From Myxococcota bacterium (GTDB taxonomy: Bacteria > Myxococcota_A > UBA796 > CAJQPC01): DNA of 12,130 nt. The number at the start of each line of letters is the position of its first letter. Position 1 is the stretch's first letter. The stretch spans positions 1 through 12,130 of the forward strand of contig JAZAMN010000066.1 of NCBI GenBank assembly GCA_036229005.1, in the 5' to 3' direction. Of the stretch, positions 8,048 through 12,130 are shown one piece after another. The notes beneath the pieces were generated by a model that worked only from the letters and a program-made list of their open reading frames with translations, did no database searches and had not been told where the DNA came from. The position numbers and the translations under genes were made by a program.

Positions 8048-8842
8048 ATGCGCACCCTCAAGACCGCCGCCATCCTCGCCGCCGCATCGGCACTCGCCCT
8101 CAGCACGGGCTGCACCGTCATGGGCGGCGCCCTCATGGGCTCCAGCATGTGGGGCACCGGTCCCATGATGGGACAGGGCGGGATCTCCGCCGTCAACGGC
8201 AACTCCGTGGTCTGCCTGGGCACCACCGCGGACAACGTGGCCGCCAATGACGCCGTCTACCAGGTCAGCGGCCGCGTGGTCGAGACCCTCTACGCCTGGG
8301 ACGGCCAGCTCCCCGCCGGCTTCGACAACCTGGTCCCCTGCTGGACCGACGTCGAGACCGCCACCGTGATCGAAGACGAGAACGGGGACCGGTGGACCGT
8401 CGGCTACGCATGGCTCGATGGCGGCGGCTGGGACATGACCCCCGGCATCTACGACCAGGGCGCGGTCGAGCTGCTCGTCCGCCACAACCCCGGCACCGAC
8501 TCGGCGGGCTTCGTGCTCTCCGACACCCGCGGTGACATGCTCTACGCGATGGAGGCGGGCCGCGACCTGCCCGCGCTGCAGCAGGGCGATGTTCCCGGCA
8601 TCGACGTGCGCACGGGCAACACCGTTGGCCGCTTCAACGACGCCTGCGGCGGCAAGGAGATGGTCTCCGTGGTCTTCGAGTCCGAGGACGACGAGCTGGA
8701 GCTGAACCCCGGCGACGACCAGGGCATGGAGGCCGACGGCAACTACTACACGGTGTGCTCCATCGAGTCCTTCGAGCGCGAGACCCAGGACGACTGCAGC
8801 GATGACGTGCAGTCCGAGGTGAGCTGGGTGGTCTTCCGCTGA
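8048..8842 (+). CDS. Acidic lipoprotein of unknown function (paralog A), 264 aa
   Basis: ATG 8048 with GGAG SD. Signal peptide MRTLKTAAILAAASALALSTG-C22 with lipobox, strong GC3 codon bias, and homology to 9445-10203. Confidence 0.85.
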   Translation: MRTLKTAAILAAASALALSTGCTVMGGALMGSSMWGTGPMMGQGGISAVNGNSVVCLGTTADNVAANDAVYQVSGRVVETLYAWDGQLPAGFDNLVPCWTDVETATVIEDENGDRWTVGYAWLDGGGWDMTPGIYDQGAVELLVRHNPGTDSAGFVLSDTRGDMLYAMEAGRDLPALQQGDVPGIDVRTGNTVGRFNDACGGKEMVSVVFESEDDELELNPGDDQGMEADGNYYTVCSIESFERETQDDCSDDVQSEVSWVVFR

Positions 8843-8860
8843 GCGTGCGTCCGCCTGAGC

Positions 8861-8896
8861 GAGACCCCGGCTTGGCCTCGGCTGAGTCGGGGTCTC
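8861..8896 (+). terminator. 16-bp stem hairpin after lipoprotein A (terminator or mRNA stabiliser)
   Basis: GAGACCCCGGCTTGGC-ctcg-GCTGAGTCGGGGTCTC. The three G.U pairs form only in + strand RNA. There is no U-tract. Confidence 0.55.
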
Positions 8897-8926
8897 CTGC
8901 TCTGGGGTGGGAGCTGGGTGGGGGCG

Positions 8927-9043
8927 GCGCAAGTGCCCCTGAACGCAACACGCGGCTGCGCAAGTGCCTGTGAACGCAACACGCGGCTGCGCAAGTGCCT
9001 GTCAACGCAACACGCGGCTGCGCAAGTGCCTGCGAACGCGACA
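8927..9043 (+). repeat. Tandem 31-bp repeat array A (about 3.8 copies): GCGCAAG-tgcctgt-GAACGCAACA-cgcggct
   Basis: Units start at 8927, 8958, 8989 and 9020 (partial). Confidence 0.95.
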
Positions 9044-9087
9044 AACGAGGCCCTGAGACGCTGGAAGCGGGGGCTCTTCGCTGGGTT

Positions 9088-9235
9088 CTGTTGCGTTCGG
9101 CCCCGGTTGCGCTTGGCCCTGTTGCGTTCGGCCCCGCTTGCGCTTGGCCCTGTTGCGTTCGGCCCCACTTGCGCTTGACCCTGTTGCGTTCGGCCCCGCT
9201 TGCGCTTGGCCCTGCTGCGTTCGCCCCAGCTTGCG
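9088..9235 (-). repeat. Tandem 31-bp repeat array B (about 4.8 copies), inverted relative to A: GCGCAAG-cggggcc-GAACGCAACA-gggccaa on the - strand
   Basis: Plus-strand units ctgttgcgttcggccccgcttgcgcttggcc start at 9088, 9119, 9150, 9181 and 9212 (degenerate). Confidence 0.95.
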
Positions 9236-9444
9236 TGTGCTGAGCGAGCTGGAGGGCGCCGGAACGCCGGTCGCCGCCGGGGGGAGTGGTCGCCGCCGGG
9301 TCCCCGGTCGCCCTCGGATCAGAGGGCCGACAGCTTTAGGCCAAACATGACAAAGCCCCGCGAACGCACCAGTTTTCGGGTGCGAGGCGCAGGGGGCTCC
9401 TGTACAGTTTGAGCGTCAAACAACCTCTCGACTGTGAGATCGGA

Positions 9445-10203
9445 ATGCGCTCCCTGATGCTTTACACCTCCGCGATCGCCCTGGCCTTCACCACTGGTTG
9501 CTCCGTGGTCGGAGGGGCCCTGACCGGCAGCGCCCTGTGGGGGGAGAGCTACTCCCTGGAGCAGGATTGGAGCGTCTCCACCCTCGGAGGCGGCACTGCG
9601 GTGGTCTGCCTTGGGGCCGACGCCGAGGTCGACAGCGCCGACAGCTTCGAGATCAGCGGCCGGGTCATCGCCGACGAGGCCTCCTCGGTCGACGTGGGCA
9701 GCATCCTCCCCTGCGCCCAGGAGCCCATGCGCGTGCTGACCGTCCAGGACGACGACGGTGTGCGCTGGGAGGTCGGATACGCCTGGATCGGCTCCGACGG
9801 CTGGAACAGCACCCCCGCCGTGGGCATGCAGGGGCAGCGCGTCGATCTGGTCGTCCAGGCCGGTGAGGTCGCGGGCTCCGCGGGCTTCGCCTTGTACGAC
9901 GCCGCCGGACTCTCCTACGTCATGGAGGCTGGCCACGGCGGCCCCGCGCTGGACACCGAGGCTCTGGGCCCGGTGGCCGTGGATCTGGGCAGCGTCGTGG
10001 GCTCCGTGGACCATGAGGACTGCGGCAGCGCCGACAGCATGTCCGTCAACTTCGAGTCCGAGGTGGACAGCCTCCAGCTCTACCCCGGCGAGGACGCACC
10101 CCTGGAGACCGAAGATGGCTGGTACACCACCTGCAACATCAACTCGGTCCAGGTCGATGAGGGCTGCGGCGACAGCGAGGTGAGCTGGGTGATGTTCCGC
10201 TGA
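9445..10203 (+). CDS. Acidic lipoprotein of unknown function (paralog B), 252 aa
   Basis: ATG 9445. Signal peptide MRSLMLYTSAIALAFTTG-C19 with lipobox. Colinear with paralog A (VVCLG, SGRV, RW.VGYAW, SAGF, MEAG, FESE, SEVSWV.FR). Confidence 0.85.
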   Translation: MRSLMLYTSAIALAFTTGCSVVGGALTGSALWGESYSLEQDWSVSTLGGGTAVVCLGADAEVDSADSFEISGRVIADEASSVDVGSILPCAQEPMRVLTVQDDDGVRWEVGYAWIGSDGWNSTPAVGMQGQRVDLVVQAGEVAGSAGFALYDAAGLSYVMEAGHGGPALDTEALGPVAVDLGSVVGSVDHEDCGSADSMSVNFESEVDSLQLYPGEDAPLETEDGWYTTCNINSVQVDEGCGDSEVSWVMFR

Positions 10204-10211
10204 GCGGAGCC

Positions 10212-10488
10212 TCGGTCGCCGGGGTTCCAGGGGCTCAGGTATCGGGTATCAGGTCTCAGGCATCACGCCCTTCCCTGGGGGAGTACGACCTGCAAGAGCC
10301 CCGACGCCCCCGACACCCGATACCCCCCAGGCCAGTGAGTCGGTCGCCGAACTCCGGGGTCTCAGGTATCGGGTATCAGGTCTCAGGCATCACGCCCCAA
10401 CGCGGGCCAGCGCCACGACCGGCCGGGCCAGAGCCCCCGGTGGCCCGCGCACCAGCGCTGGGCCCTCTCCCCGACGCCCCAAACTCGG
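10212..10488 (+). repeat. Two copies (1: 10212-10270; 2: about 10323-10424 plus 10469-10488) of a heptamer-containing intergenic repeat family
   Basis: Shared core tcggtcgccg...tcaggtatcgggtatcaggtctcaggcatcacgccc. A degenerate inverted heptamer run (cccgacacccgataccc) lies at about 10299-10325. Confidence 0.9.
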
Positions 10489-10501
10489 TGGCGCAACGAG
10501 G

Positions 10502-11026
10502 TCAGGTAGACCTGGAGTCCAATAGAGCTGCATAGATGTCTGATACATCGGCTGCGTGCTCAGCCAAGAAGCTACCGATCGACTCAGCATCCGCTCCAGC
10601 ATCCAGCAAGCGGTGAATGTCGGCCAAGTCCTGGGGTCGACTCGCGTCCAGCTTCATCAAGACAAGCGCTGCCAAGGGAATGACTGGGACACCACCCTCC
10701 GTGGGAGCCCGCAGGAGCTCTCCAAGCACAGGACGGGTCTTGGGGACCGCGAGCAGATCCACGACACCCACCTGAATGACATCCTTGAGCTCATCGCGGA
10801 ACACCAAGAACGGCTCCGTCATCTCGAAGGCAGAGTCTTGGACCAGCAAATCAACATCTTTCGTTGCTCGCGGGTGCCCATAGAGGCCAACCGCCAGTCC
10901 GCCGACCAGGGCATGAGGAATTCCCAACTCCGTCAGCTTCTGGGACACCGTGACTGCATCAAGCAGCACTTCGGGAGCGACAATCCCAACGAGGGACTCG
11001 ATGGATGCCGGGCGCCGGACACTCAT
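10502..11026 (-). CDS. Nucleotidyltransferase, Pol-beta superfamily (AbiEii/MNT-like), 174 aa; candidate toxin
   Basis: HALVGGLAVGLYGHPRATKDVDLLV (GG.A...R.T.D.D) and C-terminal L..MKL.A.RPQDLADI. ATGA overlap with the upstream HTH gene. Confidence 0.85.
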   Translation of the reverse strand: MSVRRPASIESLVGIVAPEVLLDAVTVSQKLTELGIPHALVGGLAVGLYGHPRATKDVDLLVQDSAFEMTEPFLVFRDELKDVIQVGVVDLLAVPKTRPVLGELLRAPTEGGVPVIPLAALVLMKLDASRPQDLADIHRLLDAGADAESIGSFLAEHAADVSDIYAALLDSRST

Positions 11027-11517
11027 GAGTCTGAGCCCAACAGGGCACGATAGCCGGCGCCCAAGTCGACTTCTCGGTGCTGGACGCTCGTACTCGGACG
11101 GCCGCCACCGCTTTGGACTTGGGCCCGCAGGCGCTCAAGCAGGGAGTCTGGGACTTCGCTGGTCTCAACCTCGGGATCAGAGTGCTCGATATGGAATCGC
11201 CGGACTCCCGAAGGGCCAATGGCCACCCCAGGAGGACGCTCAAGGGGCTGGATGACAGCGCCAAGAGACGCCAACCGTTTGGGGTCATCAAGCTCATACT
11301 TGCTCTGGAGATCCATCCACCACTGCGCTGGCACCCCGAAGTACAACCCCAGGCGCATTGCCGTATCGGCAGTGAGAGCCCGCCTCCCCTGCACAAGGAG
11401 ACTCACGCGACTCACATGCACCCCGATGGCCTTCGCGACTTGGTATGCGCTCAAGCCAAGCGGTTCGAGGAAGCGCTCTTGGAGAACCTGGCCAGGATGC
11501 GGGACTGTTCGTTGCAT
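11023..11517 (-). CDS. higA: HigA-family (Xre HTH) antitoxin with an approximately 85-aa C-terminal extension, 164 aa
   Basis: ATG 11517 with GGAGG SD. PHPGQVLQERFLEPLGLSAYQVAKAIGV...GRRALTADTAMRLGLYFG..AQWWMDLQSKYEL is the HigA/VapI signature. Confidence 0.85.
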   Translation of the reverse strand: MQRTVPHPGQVLQERFLEPLGLSAYQVAKAIGVHVSRVSLLVQGRRALTADTAMRLGLYFGVPAQWWMDLQSKYELDDPKRLASLGAVIQPLERPPGVAIGPSGVRRFHIEHSDPEVETSEVPDSLLERLRAQVQSGGGRPSTSVQHREVDLGAGYRALLGSDS

Positions 11518-11532
11518 AGCGCCTCCAGTTCC

Positions 11533-11561
11533 ATGGTAGCGCCAGACGCTACCCCCGTCTA
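11533..11561 (-). promoter_or_regulatory. Sigma-70-type promoter with overlapping palindromic operator
   Basis: Minus strand TAGACG (11561-11556)-17 nt-TACCAT (11538-11533). A perfect inverted repeat GGTAGCG-N5-CGCTACC at 11535-11553 covers the spacer and the -10. Confidence 0.75.
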
Positions 11562-11652
11562 TCCGGCATATCTCGGTGGCTGGCGGGGCAGATGCGCCTG
11601 ACGAGGCGGAAAACACCATCGCCCCGGCCTGCACCCCCGATCCCGTCACCCT

Positions 11653-11984
11653 CCCCCCGAGGCCAGTGAGTCGGTCGCCGAGCTTCGGGGTTTCAGGTAT
11701 CGGGTATCAGGTCTCAGGCATCACGCCCCTCCGCGGGCCAACGCCACGACCGGCCAGGCCCCCCGACGCCTCCAAGTCGGCTGCCACGACCGCCCGACCT
11801 CGGCTCAACCGCCGTCGCCGCGCCCCCGATACCTGACCTCCGATACCCGATACCCCCCGAAGCCAGTGAGTCGGTCGCCGAGGCTCCGGGGTCTCAGGCA
11901 TCACGCCCCTCCGCGGGCCAACGCCACGACCGGCCAAGCCCCCCGACGCCCCCAAGTCGGCTGCCACGACCGCCCGACCTCGGC
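11653..11984 (+). repeat. Copies 3 (11653-11804) and 4 (11853-11984) of the same repeat family, with an inverted heptamer run at about 11825-11853
   Basis: Near-identical ccccccga.gccagtgagtcggtcgccgag...caggcatcacgcccctccgcgggccaacgccacgaccggcca.gccccccgacgcc.ccaagtcggctgccacgaccgcccgacctcggc. Copy 4 lacks three heptamer units. Confidence 0.93.
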
Positions 11985-12011
11985 AGGACCGCCATCGCCT
12001 ATGACTGTTTG

Positions 12012-12101
12012 GGTGGTTTTCCACCTGCACGCACAGCACCCCATCACCTACAAGTCGCCCGCCCCGTTGAGGGCTAGGACCGGACCCGGGATGGGGTGCT
12101 G
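12012..12101. other. Non-coding structured segment: small hairpin plus a 12-bp perfect stem with internal sub-stems
   Basis: GGTGG-tttt-CCACC (12012-12025). CAGCACCCCATC (12034-12045) pairs with GATGGGGTGCTG (12090-12101). Confidence 0.5.
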
Positions 12102-12130
12102 CTGTGGGCAAGAGGGCCTTAGTGATGCCT

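Noticed and set aside
8927..9235. CRISPR array interpretation of the 31-bp repeats
   Set aside because: Units are directly tandem with no unique spacers of about 30 nt, the two arrays are inverted, and no cas genes are present.
9338..9400. c-di-GMP-I riboswitch resemblance (CAAAC...CAAAGCC...GGGGCT)
   Set aside because: The P2 stem with its GNRA tetraloop is missing, so the similarity is superficial without an Infernal hit.
8634..9412. Small ORFs across the repeat arrays
   Set aside because: Their translations merely reflect the 31-bp (non-triplet) repeats, with no coding bias.
10556..11601. Antisense ORFs 10556-11053 and 11077-11601 mirroring the NTase and HigA genes
   Set aside because: No recognisable motifs or SD. 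The minus-strand genes have family signatures, coupling and a promoter.
10204..11990. Integron attC sites around the HigA-NTase cassette
   Set aside because: No RYYYAAC...GTTRRRY ends were found at the gene boundaries on either strand, and there is no integrase.

Overview
High-GC bacterial DNA, apparently from a diderm with sigma-54 (Myxococcota/delta-proteobacterial style; this taxonomy is inference only). From left to right it holds: a ParE-type toxin with a TIGR02574-type antitoxin (- strand); a Zn-dependent secondary alcohol dehydrogenase (-); a divergent, translationally coupled three-gene operon of two membrane-anchored sulfatase-fold proteins with a non-canonical T-x-P-S-H active-site motif plus a YfhO-family (GT-C) membrane protein; two paralogous acidic lipoproteins, the first behind a consensus sigma-54 promoter, separated by two inverted arrays of 31-bp repeats that share only two conserved boxes; and a lower-GC two-gene cassette (extended HigA-like HTH plus an AbiEii/MNT-like nucleotidyltransferase, no HigB) with its own promoter and operator, embedded between copies of a heptamer-containing repeat family. 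The strongest candidates for undescribed systems are the HigA-NTase cassette inside the repeat array, the inverted 31-bp double array, and the Thr-sulfatase/YfhO envelope-modification operon.
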